64,000 nt of DNA from Paraspadella gotoi (lineage: Eukaryota; Animalia; Chaetognatha): assembly GCA_051294375.1 (NCBI GenBank), contig CM119266.1:3699530-3763529 (forward strand), written 5' to 3'. The notes beneath the pieces are model-generated. The model ran no database searches, had not been told where the DNA came from, and saw only the letters and a list, made by a program, of their open reading frames with translations. Both the position numbers and the translations under genes were made by a program. Positions 12,660 to 24,300 of the stretch are shown here, one piece after another. Position 1 is the first letter of the stretch; each line of letters opens with the position of its first letter.

Positions 12660-14111
12660 TACTATAGTATGTCATCGGACTGTGTTATGTCTCTCTTCAG
12701 TATGTCATCGGTCTGTATACTATGATATATTTTTCAATTCCCTAGCATAAAAAATATATTTTTGAGGCCCAGTCAAAGTTATAAGATACAGAATTATAGG
12801 ACTAATCTCAAAAATTGAAAAAAGCCAGAGGTTTTTGAAATATATTCTTGTACCGGCCAATGTAGAATGATGCCAATTTTGTTAATATTAAGTTTCAAGT
12901 AAATCCAACCATGGATATAGAAAATATTAACCAAAATCTTCGGAAAATCCACCAATTTGATGGAAGATTTTCGCCATAAAAGATTTTTCCTGAATCTGAC
13001 TACCGGTTGAAAACTCTCAGAATTCCGATCGTTAGCTCCTTTTTTACCTTTACTTTAAATAAAAATTTCACCAAAATGGACTAATTCACTTTACCATGAT
13101 CATATCATATTAAAATAACTAAATAAAACGTAAAGAAAAATTTTGAAAGCCCTTCAGACACTTATCCAGAGGATTCCTGAATTTGACGTCATTTTTTGAA
13201 CAGGAACATACCTCAGTCACGTTTATATTGTTTTCAAGGAAAAAAATCCCTTTCATTTCTATATAAAATCAGAGATGGAAAATTTTTCCGTCCAGAAGCA
13301 GTCTATTTCTTCTGGATTGTTTGATATCATTGATTTTTTACTGGAATTATTCCCAGGAACGTTTATATTGTTTGGTAGTCAGATTTGAACAAAAATCTCA
13401 ATTGAAAATATCTTCCTCGATCTCTAAGAACGACGTCAGCTCCTAAGAATAATAACTACCTTAGTTTTAAAAATAGTCAATTAGGTAATAGGTATATTAC
13501 TTTTAAGAAATTATAATTGGTATGCCTGAATCAATTTTTAACGGGCTTTCTTGCAATGCCCATATTTACATAAATTAGTGAGATTATGATTGCTTAAAAG
13601 AGCTATGAATTCCAAGTAACGAATTTCCATTTATTTTTGATTGAAAAGCTATTAGGACAAAAACAGTTTTATTTGACAACGATTTAATTGACATTGTTTG
13701 AATTGAGTCTATATTTTGCAAAATTAGTACAAAAGTTATCAAATTTTCTCAAACATTAACTTACCAACTTCAACTGCAATTAAAAAAAAACTGAGTTTGA
13801 AAAAATTTTTCGACTTAGCCTAAGCTCTTGTCCACAATGTCCAGCAGCAACCTTTAATTTTTTTATCATTCCAGAGATGGTATATTTCCATTTTCTTTTT
13901 CCTCCTATAAAAAGAACCTTGAGCACATTTGCATATTTTCAACATATTTTTCCAGAGCGCACCATAAACAAAGAAATTTTTTTTAGGTCAAAAGAATACA
14001 TTTTTAAAGGTCTTGTTCTTTTTTGTGAAACAAAACAACATTCAAATTAAGTTTTTTTTATTTTAAGCTTTATTTACGAGAGGGCTCCCAAACAAATTTG
14101 CTCATTACGTA

Positions 14112-15261
14112 CATGGTGACAATTTTACAAGCGCCGGTAGAAATACGCTGTCATTTGCAAAACCAGTGGATAATTTCATTGATTTTAAAATTAGTTGAGT
14201 AGAACATATTAAAGTCATTTATGTGTTCAAATTTTATATTGATCAGTTAAGATATGCCTTGGCAATGAGTGGAGAAAGTTGGCTTGTAAAATCGGGTTTC
14301 ATTTTCTAACTCACTTTTTTTAGATTCAATTTTTCTTTCTTACTTTCAGTAAGTTTTCTGAAGAAATTTAAAATAAAATAATAATATTATTATTATCTTC
14401 TGAAGCCCTTTCAAATCTAAAGAGAATGACATACTTGCAAATACTTTATATATAAATTAAACCGGCCCAGCTTTAATTTAATTAGGATAAATCTCTTTTT
14501 TTCAGGCTCTTTCATGATACTGAGGCGACTTACCACCGGTCTCTCTCTCTAAACCCTTCCTCTCTCCTCTTTCTCCGAGCCGGTCTATTCCACACGGTCA
14601 CTTTGCCCTAGCTTTGGCAATGACCTTAGATTGACCGGACACAGTAATAGGGCCGAGGCGACCGTAAGGTCAAATTGGTCCGGGCGATGATAAAAGTGGA
14701 TCAGGAGAGAGGTCGTCTCACTTCTTTTTACTTCTCTTACATCGTCACAATTCTTCACCTTCTCCTCACTTTTATTATTACTATTTTCGTCTTCTTTCTA
14801 TAAATAATAATATTTTATGTTATAATAATTTAATCAAGGTCATATATTTAAAAAAAAGATTTAAAAATTTTAGATAATTAACTTTTGACTCTTTTAATTG
14901 AACCAAGGCTGGGCAGCTTAATTTTTATATTAGGCTTTCATAAGTATATCATTCTCTTCATTTTTAAAAGGGCTTTCTGAGGATATTAATATTGTTAATA
15001 TCTTAATAAATACTTTGTTTAAATAAGAGCTAAAAGTTAAAAAAAAAGAATTTAAAAACAGTGAGTTGGAAAATGAAACCCGATTTTACAAGCCAACTTT
15101 CTCCACTCATTGCCAAGGCATATCTAATTGATTAATATAAAATTTGAACACATGAATGACTTTAATATGTTCTACTCAACTAATTTTTAAAATCAATGAA
15201 ATAACCACTGGTTTGCAAATGACAGCGTATTTCTACCGGCGCTTGTAAAATTGTCACCATG
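14112..15261. mobile_element. Long-TIR non-autonomous DNA transposon (Tc1/mariner-like, TA TSD); related partial copy ~27400-28109
   Basis: TA|CATGGTGACAATTTTACAAGCGCCGGTAG ... CTACCGGCGCTTGTAAAATTGTCACCATG|TA; ~200 bp of near-perfect TIR. Confidence 0.88.
14521..14749. mobile_element. Family C ~230-bp solo-LTR-like insert (TGAGGCGA...TCGTCACA) nested in a MITE; partial copy at ~38538-38583
   Basis: Imperfect terminal inverted 8-mers; absent from the homologous MITE sequence at ~27600-27640; first ~45 bp repeated at 38538. Confidence 0.6.
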
Positions 15262-16156
15262 TACTCGAAACAAAATCAATTATCAAAAAACTTATACATA
15301 AAAAATGAGTATGTTTTGTCTTTAAGTATCTTTTTTCCAAATATTAAAATCTCTTCACATTTTCGTTTGGGGAATTTTTTTCCAGTTGCGTGTTTCAAAT
15401 GGTTACGCTGTCAGTTTTAAACCAGCCACGTCATTTTACAAAAACCGTGCAATCGAGTCTTGGCCAGTTTTGCAATTTTTTCGTTACGAAATCTCGAAAC
15501 ATTTAAAAGTTTTAAGCTTTAAATTTTAGTGACATCAGAAATTTATATATTTTTAATGACGACTTGGATTGACAATGGAGCTTGACAATGGAAATTGACA
15601 ATTTGTAAAGGAAACGAAAAAAGAAAAAAGAAACTAAAAAAGACTTTTGTGTGTAAGCTCCAAGTCGTTAAAACAAGTTTTACTATCAGAATAAAAATCT
15701 GACGAAATAATGCAAATCTGTAGTCGGGCATTGCCTAGTAGGGTGGAGTGATGAAATAATTGAGCGACGAAACAATGTTTTTTTGCTGCCTTTGTATATG
15801 TAATAAAAAATAATTAAGCCCTTTTTCAAAAAAAATTTGCATAACAGTATCATTAATTGAATTTTTTTTATAGTAATATCCTTATAAAATCATAAAATTT
15901 CAAAATCATATTTTTAAAATTTTATAAAATTTTGTAAAATATGTTACATGATATTTTTAGGTTAAAGATGCGAAAAATAACCAAAATGTTTCATCATATA
16001 ATAGTTTCTACTACAAAATGTAAAAAAGTGGAGAATTTGACCTTTTTTTCCTATTTTTGATGCTGAAGACATTGAAATTTTTAATAACATATTTTATATT
16101 TTGGATCAGTAGAAGAAGTTTGAATTTGTTTACCACAACGATTTTATTGGTACATA

Positions 16157-16205
16157 GGGACGTACATGTTTCGGCTTTAAATTACAAGCCTTCTTCAGCG
16201 CCATA
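16157..16205 (-). ncRNA. Minimal type I hammerhead ribozyme (inverted copy)
   Basis: Reverse complement reads GGCG-CTGAAGA-AGGCTT..AAGCC-GAAACATGTA-CGTC; stem I GGCG/CGTC pairs. Confidence 0.82.
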
Positions 16206-16563
16206 GAAAATTGTTTGTAAATTTTACAAATTATTTGTGCAAAGGAAAAGTAAGAGAGAGAGAGAGAGAGAGAGGGAGACAAAGAGAGGGCAAAGTTTCC
16301 AACACAGGGTTGAGAAAAGAATAGTGGTCAGATGTGAGGACAGGTTAAGGTGAACCCTTTTCACCTTAACCTGTCTGCTTAAATTGTGAGTTAGAAAGAG
16401 CCCATGCCTATTGTCCACTAGAATATTAGAACTGATCAGTTGTTCAGTACCATGAAAACTCAAAAAAACTATTAATACTTACAAATCATAAGATAAGGTA
16501 GCTTTTTAGGGCTGTTTAAAGTACAAGCCTAAAGCTCGCACTTTTGTTTTTCAAATTCAATTC

Positions 16564-16602
<39 letters not shown>

Positions 16603-16646
16603 TTTTCCTTTGCACAAATAATTTTTAAAATTCACAAACAATTTTC

Positions 16647-16695
16647 TATGGCGCTGAAGAAGGCTTGTAATTTAAAGCCGAAACATGTACATCCC
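16647..16695 (+). ncRNA. Minimal type I hammerhead ribozyme (PLE-type)
   Basis: GGCG-CTGAAGA-A-GGCTT-gtaattta-AAGCC-GAAAC-ATGTA-catc: CUGAnGA core, stem II, GAAA and palindromic ACATGT stem III. Confidence 0.8.
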
Positions 16696-18570
16696 TATGT
16701 ACCAATAAAATCGTTGTTGTAAACAAATTCAAACTTCTTCTACTAATTCAAACACAACGAAACGAAAGGAAATTCGCGATATTTTGGATCTAACTTTTTA
16801 TGAAGAATCAGAATCTTTAATAAAAATGTATAAATTATTTTGAAAATTTATGAGTTTATAAAGATATTATAATAAACATATTGTAATTAATGATACTGTT
16901 CCCCAAACAATATAAGCAAAATATTTTTTGTACTCCTTAATCATACTATCTCACGTCTAAATATCCTTGTTTGTTCACTCAAATAAAATTTATGTTCCCC
17001 AGTGCTATTGCCTCGGTTCACCCCGCCTATAAACATAACACCTTCAGTCGTGGCCCGCTGGCTCATTGAATAAAGCCATCAGCTCATAACCACTAGGTAC
17101 CGGATTGGGATTGAACCCTGTGTGAAGCGTGAGGACGGCCGTAAGCCGCCTTGGGGGCGTGGCAAACCCTTAAGCCTGGTTCCAAGCCTAGGACCCATTC
17201 CATTGCTGTTAGAGGGGGTTATAGATGTTAGGGATAGTCATCTTCAGCCCACTTAGCGCCTTATCCACAAATATTTTGCGCCGCGACGCAACTAAAAAAC
17301 GAGGATAACAAAAGAACAATAGTACTACTAACAAATCGAATAATAACAAATCAAAGAGAGTAAGTCAGTTAACTACCAGTTTTATGTCATTACTCTCAGC
17401 CTTTCTTTGTATTGAAAAAGAGATTTTCTTATTTTATTTTTGTTTTTCTTTCATTAGGACTAAGCTCTGATGAACAAAGCCCGAGGTTTTTTTAATATAT
17501 TCTTATACCGGCCAAGGTAGAATGATGGCAATATTGTTAATATTAAGTTTCAAAAAAATCCGACCATAAATATAGAAATTATTAACTAAAATCTTCGGAA
17601 AATCCACCACTTCTTTGGAAGATTTTTGCCATAGAAGATTTTTCCTGAATCTGACTCCCGGTTGAAAACTCTTAGAATTCTGATTGTTAGCTCCTCTTTT
17701 ACTTTTACTTTAAATAAAAATTTCACCAAAATGGACTAATTCACTTTACCATGTTCGTATCATATCAAAATAACCAAATAAAATGTAAAGAAAAATTTTG
17801 AGAGCCCTTCAGACACTTTGCCAAAGGATTCCAAAATTAGACCTCATTTGTTAAACAGGAACATACCTCAGTCACGTTTATATCGTTTTCAAGGATAAAA
17901 ATCCTTTTCATTTCTATATAAAATCAGAGATGGAAAATTTTTCCATCCAGAAGCAGTCTATTTGTTCTGGGTTGTTTGATATCAAGATGTTGATGATTTG
18001 ACAAGAGAAAAAAAATGCGAGCCCTTCAGATGCAACAGGATCGGAATCAAGTGTTTTTACATCGATATTTTACCAGAATTTTTACCAGGAGCGTTTATAT
18101 TGTTTGGTAGTCAGATTTGAACGAAAATCTCCATTGAAAAAGTCTTCCTCGATCTCTAAGAACGACGAAGACTCCTACTTTCATCTATCATTTTATTATT
18201 TATTTTAATTTTTTTTTCAAACACTTCACTCTTTTCTTCCTCCATTTTCCTTTTCTACTATTTTTTAATTTATAAATGTGGTTCAAAGTATTTAAACTCA
18301 TTTATACTAAAAATTCTTAGAGGCTTTAAAGTTTTTGTGGTTTTTTATGGACATTGAGTCATTCATTAGCTTATTCCGGTTTTTACTGGTAATAACTGTC
18401 GATGACACAATGAAATCATAAATGTGGTTTTTTATGGACATTGAGTCTTTCATTAGCTTATTCCGGTTTTTACTGGTAATAACTGTCGATGACATAATGA
18501 AATCATAAATGACCTCGGTAACTTTCATAATAGTATTATTATATTATATTATTATATTAATACGTGAAGT

Positions 18571-18832
18571 TGTAGTCGGGCATTGCCTAAGTTCACCCCG
18601 CCTATAAGCATAACGCCTTCTGTCGTGATCCGGTGGCTCATTGAGCAAAGCCACTCGGTACCGGGTTCAAGCCCAACCCGGTACCTCCCCTGCGGGATGC
18701 GTGAGGATGGCCGTAATCCGCTTGGGGGGGCTGGAAAACATTCAATCCTGGTTCTCAGCCCGTGACCCGTACTGGCTGCTGAGGGGGCATAAGAATTACG
18801 GATAGTAGTCTTCAGCCCATTTACCGCCTCAT
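18571..18832 (+). mobile_element. Family B solo-LTR-like element with a tRNA-like segment; other copies ~17006-17269, 2379-2484, fragment 15720-15740
   Basis: Shared start TGTAGTCGGGCATTGC; TGGCTCATTGAG (A-box-like) and GGTTCAAGCC (B-box-like); the 17 kb copy has CTCATAA and ends ...ATCCACA. No clean TSD seen. Confidence 0.7.
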
Positions 18833-19095
18833 GTATGAGAAAAGTTATCATTAAGTCAGAAAAAAAAATAAAAACAATGATATAGTGAAACTAATTATAA
18901 AATTTTAAAATCGAAGAGATTTTAAGAGGAAGTATCAATTTAAAATTTATAAAATAAATGATACTGTAGGGGTACATGATACATGTTTATTGGCAGGTTA
19001 AAATAACAGGAACAGAGAGACGTTCAATTTACATGATATTGAGATGAGACTAACTAAGAGAGCGCGGCCCTGGTTAAGGAAGAGAGAAAGAGAGA

Positions 19096-19132
<37 letters not shown>

Positions 19133-21342
19133 AGTAACCGGCTTCTCTCGCGACCACACGACAAAGTGACCAGCTGGGGTCAACCCCGTGGCGACGAAAC
19201 CATTGTCGCCACAATACTAACTGTAGTGTTCATTGACTTCTCTGCTAGATGCAAATCAATAATATTATTAATGAGTCCAGGTCGAATAAAAAATGACGTA
19301 ACGAGTGACGAAACACGACGCGTCAACCCGCATTACGTAATTTACCCTCATCTTTTATTGATTCAAAATCTTAAGTTTTTATTAAATTTTACGAAACCAA
19401 AACTCTAAAGAAAAAGCGACTTTCTTTTGAATGCAAATATTGAGTCAGTAAATCTAAAATTGTTTAATAGCAATTAGGAAACTAAAATTAAAATTTTTAA
19501 AACTGTAACAAAAATTTCTTAGGCAAAAAGATAAAATCTTAAAAAATATAGTACATGGATATGTAGAGAAAAAGCTTTTCAATATAATTTCTAAATATAT
19601 AACTATATTTTTATTAAGTAAATCGGTTATTTACTTCTTTTTTAAAAAAAATGTATGTAATCAAGTTTAAGTATTAAGGTTAGGGATTAAGTTAGGGATC
19701 AGGTGAGTGATTAAGGGCTAGGGTTAGGGTATTGGGTTAAAGATTAAAGTTTAGGGTTAGGGATTAGAGTTAAGTATTGGTTTATAAGTTTAAAAATATA
19801 TTTAAGTTAAATATAAAGTTAAAATTGTATTCTCGGAGAAGAGAACCAAAAGATTAGTTGAGATCGCTTGACTAAAAATTGTTTCCAAGAACGAAAATAA
19901 ATCAAAGTAAAAAACGATAAAAATTGTTAAGGGAAAATGTTTAATTTTGTTCAAACAATAAAAAAAGTTCCATGTGTTTCTCTTATTGCGCACTTTTTAT
20001 GATGAAGGTCGATTGGTGATCATGGAAAAAGAGAGAGAGAGAGAGAGAAAAAAAAANNNNNNNNNNAGAGAGAGAGAGAGAGAGAGACGCCCTAAGCTAT
20101 GACGACAAAAAACTAGAGTGGCGTACACGTGTCTTAATGTCCTGTTTTAAAAAAATCAAAATTTTTAATAAAAAATTTGAGATCGATCTCTCAATGCATG
20201 TCAAAAGAAATACATGGATGATAGAGGGAGATAGCACGCACGTTTGTGCTCTCTCTTTCTCTCTTTCTCTCTCTCACTCTTCCTCCCTCCATAGACATTG
20301 CCTAATGATGAGAGCGCGCAGTTTCCGAGCTTTTGATGCAGGAATGAAAAAACAATCGAGTCTTGAGTTAAGTTCGAATTTTAATAAAAATTCCTTTTAA
20401 TTTATTGTTCATATTTCTTTTGTTTAATCCACTAGATGTCTTTTTCTGATGATATTTTGTTTTATTCAAGAATTTGCCGCTTTCAACATATGTTCTTATC
20501 TATGTGAGATTAAAAAAGAAAATTCAAAGAGTTTTACCATTGGTGAAGTAAATTTTATGTCGTTATTTATGGATAAAAAAATTTATTAAAAAGGAATATT
20601 TTATTGACAATTAATAAGGATAAAAAATTATTTTCTGGTTCAAAAGTATTCCTAGGGATTTTTTTCCGAATGTAAAATTTAAAAGCAGATAGTATCATCA
20701 ACGAGAAGCCTGAAGCGAAGCCCTGCCCTGTATATTGATTTAAACAATTCTTTCATATTTTTTTGTTTAATAATTAATTTGTTACTTTTCCCGAAAGAGT
20801 GTCTTTTGTTTCCCCTTTGATTCTTAGTAAAAATAAACTTTTCATTTTTGTTCGACGATCGATATAATAATATTTATATTTTTATAAACGATGAAAATTT
20901 TACATTTAAAAATCATTAAAAAAAAAATTTTGTCCTGATTTAAAGCGGAAAACTCACCTTTTATTGTCATCGTCATCGTCTCGAGACTCTCGAGACTAAT
21001 CGAGAATTGTACAAATTCCTCCGCCTCTTCTTTCTCCTCCTCCTCCTCCTCCTCCTCCTTTATCCTTTGCTTAGCAACTTAACAACAGCAAGAATAATAA
21101 TTTTATAACGTTGTTGTATATAATAAGGGGTTTAACCCTGAATTATGACCACACTAGACACTAAGTAATTACGCTAATATTACAAAAACTGTGTAATTTA
21201 GTATTAAAAAATTTTAAATAAAGAAAAGAAGATAGAAAAAGTAATTTAGAAAGGAAAAAATTGCCAAAAAAAAAATTAAAAGTAAAAAAAAAGAACAAAA
21301 GAACAAAGAGCAAAAACGACGACGACAACAACGACGCCCAAG

Positions 21343-24300
21343 ATGCCCCCTCCTGGTCACGTGATCACTTTGCCCAGTGATCAATTTCACGCTGATTTGG
21401 CGTCGACGACGGAAATGGCCGTTGACGAGTTGAGCATCACTGGTTGGCGAAGTGGAGGCGAAGTTCACGACGAAGACGACGACGAAGAAGACGATAATTA
21501 CGACGAAATAGACAACGATGGAGTCGGCAACACCGGCGACTGCACCGGCGACTGCACCGGCGACTGCACCGGCGACTTTACCGGCAAGATTCGCCCCGCG
21601 TCCATTGAAGGCGTCTTTAGATCTGGAGTCAGAAGCCCTATCGGCCAGGCGAGCCTCGATGGGAGAGCCAGCGTCGATAGCAGGGCTTGCGTCGACAACT
21701 GCCGGGCCACTGCGTCGGCAAAAACGAAGGAGAGGCCGAAATCAGAAGGGAACAGAAGAAGAAGAAGAAAGAAGAAGACAGAGAGAGAAGAAGGAGCGAC
21801 CAAGGAAAGAGAAGAAGAGAAAGAAGAAGATCACTCTTTAAATCCAACAGGTTTTACTGAATATCTGAACAGTAAATACTGAACACTGTTCAGTGTTGAC
21901 TGTTCACAGTCAGTACTATTCAAAGCTAACTTCGTTACTTGTTGTATGACGCATTCGATTCTTTAAATAAATTTTTGGTCTGTCTTTTTGAGTAAAAAGA
22001 CAAGTTGCTTCTTTAACTAAAAATCACACAACAAATAATATTATTCTCATAATCGTGTCCAATGAAAATATATACTAATGACGTATCAATCTTGCATCTC
22101 CTTACAGATCTTGTCGTTAAAAGAATCATTTCTCACGTCGCAGAGACTCGCGGAGCAATTTTGGATTTAGCGCGGCGCCGATTAGCGGCGCTGCCGCCGG
22201 CGTTGGCACCGCAAGAGTCTCCAGCGTCATCCTCGTCGACAGCTCCGCAGCTGCAGCGCAGCGTTGGAGATCACGTGACTCATCTTTATCTCAACTCGAA
22301 TTTGATTCGTCGTTTGACTCCGGATTTTTTTGAGTAAGACAAAGATACGTTTTGCCTTTGAGTTAATTTTATCAATTTAAAATATCACTCATCAATTTAG
22401 AGTTAAAATAATTCCGATATTAAACCCGGAATTTTACAGGCACAAAAACAGTTGTTTTATAGCCTTGCTCCGTTTACAATTTACTTGATAATATTTTAAA
22501 ACTATACATCAAATTATGATTATTACTTTTAGCAAATTATGTCTTTGTCTAACAATGATCAAGATACTTTTATATTATATAAGTTGTTAAAATTTGGATT
22601 TTAATGGAACAAGAAAAGAGAAAACTTCCCAAATTACCTGTAAATTATCTCCGTGATTAATAAACCTTCTTTTCTTTTTCTCATAGGAGAATGAAAGTCT
22701 TGGAATATCTTGACCTGAGGGATAATCAGTTAGAAAGTCTGCCATCGGGTGTCCAACTGGCGAAGCATAAATCATTAAAAGCCTTGATGCTTCAGGTGAC
22801 CTAATTGGGAATTGGAATCTATGCTCTCCAACAAGAAAACGAGAGGCGGGTTGACCAGAAATTAACCTTATTTTCTGCCACAGTAGCGTAGGGCTTGAAC
22901 CCGCGTTTTTTCAGGTTTAAAACTTTAAACCTGATCCACTATCAAAAGGAAAAACATTTAATGTATAAATGACTTGTTAGCCCATGAAGAATTGCACGGA
23001 ACAAAGCTTTTTCAAACTTATATAGATTTTTGTTTTCTGATTCAACAGAACAATAAACTGGAATCTTTGCCTTTGGAACTTGGAAATGTTTTGACCCTAA
23101 CTTCACTCAACTTCACTGGAAATCCTTTAAAGTTTCCGCCTCAAGATGTCATTCGTTGTGGATGTCGCGCGATCTTGCTTTATTTGCAGGTCGGTCATCT
23201 ATCTGCCTTTGTTCTTGCTTTATTTGCAGGTCGGTCGTCTATCTGCTTTATATGTTGGGAATTAAGTACTTACGTGAATTTCTAATCGTTGCAGCTTTTT
23301 TAAAAAAAGTTTTTAATTTCAGAACCTTGGTGTACTTCGTCGACAATTATGTACGGCAGTGAATTCACAATTTTTTAGCAGCTAAATTTAAAGCTGATAA
23401 AATTATCGATAACTCGATGAATTTTTGTTCAATCGAACGAAGCTCCATCTATCATCTTGGCTTTATAACATTCGTTTTCTTAGGTCGTAGCCTCGATATC
23501 GATTCTATCTCTTTTCGCAGGAATGTTGGTATGATAGTCTCGCGGACAGTCATGCCGACAGCCATGCCGACAGCCATGCCAACAGTCATGCCAACAGTCA
23601 TGCCAACAGTCATGCCAACAGCCATGCCAACAGCCATGCCAACAGTCATGCCAACTCTATTGGACGAAACAGCGTCAAAGACGATGACGACGACGACGCC
23701 GACATTTTCCCGGCGCCCACTTCTCGGCCCTCGTCTCGTCTCCGCTTTTCCGGTGCCAACGACGCAGCCTTACGCGGCTCTGCTCTACAGCGCCAACAGA
23801 ATGCAGCGCCGGAAGTCGAATTCCCGATACGTCAGGCGCCGCTCCAGCTGCAGCAGCAGAAGTCATACGCTGAGTTTAAGTCTGAACTCATGGCTAAGCT
23901 GGAGCGAGCTGGAGTGCCGGTGGGTAGGAGCTGAGAGAGAGTGAGTTAGTGACCGTTAGTAGGAGCAAATCTTGGTGAGCTGGAGCGTAGGTCAATAGGA
24001 ATGCGGACTGTCGACTGGAGCAAGAGGGTAGAGGAGCGGTCAGTGCGGACTGTCAACTGGAGTAAGAGAGTAGAGGGGAATTCAGTGTGGACTGTCGACT
24101 GGAGCAAGAGAGTAGAGCATTCAGTGTAGACTGTTGACTGGAGCAACAGGGTAGAGTAGCGGTCAATGAGGACTGTCGACTGGAGCAAGAGAGTAGAATT
24201 TTTGTATTGAATGATGATGATGATGTTTGCGGGTTCGCTGTAAATAGAAATTAAATTATTTAATAATAATAATAATAATAATTTTTTTCCATCACTCGTC

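Larger units (their letters stand above)
16108..16778. mobile_element. Penelope-like (PLE) non-coding insertion with inverted terminal arms, each holding a hammerhead ribozyme
   Basis: Arms ~16108-16272 and ~16568-16744 are inverted copies; 12-bp TSD ATATTTTGGATC (16096-16107/16779-16790). Confidence 0.85.

Noticed and set aside
22880-22942. Minus-strand tRNA-like sequence (GGTTCAAGCCC) in an LRRC27 intron
   Set aside because: Only a B-box/T-arm remnant; too degenerate to call, likely a SINE relic.
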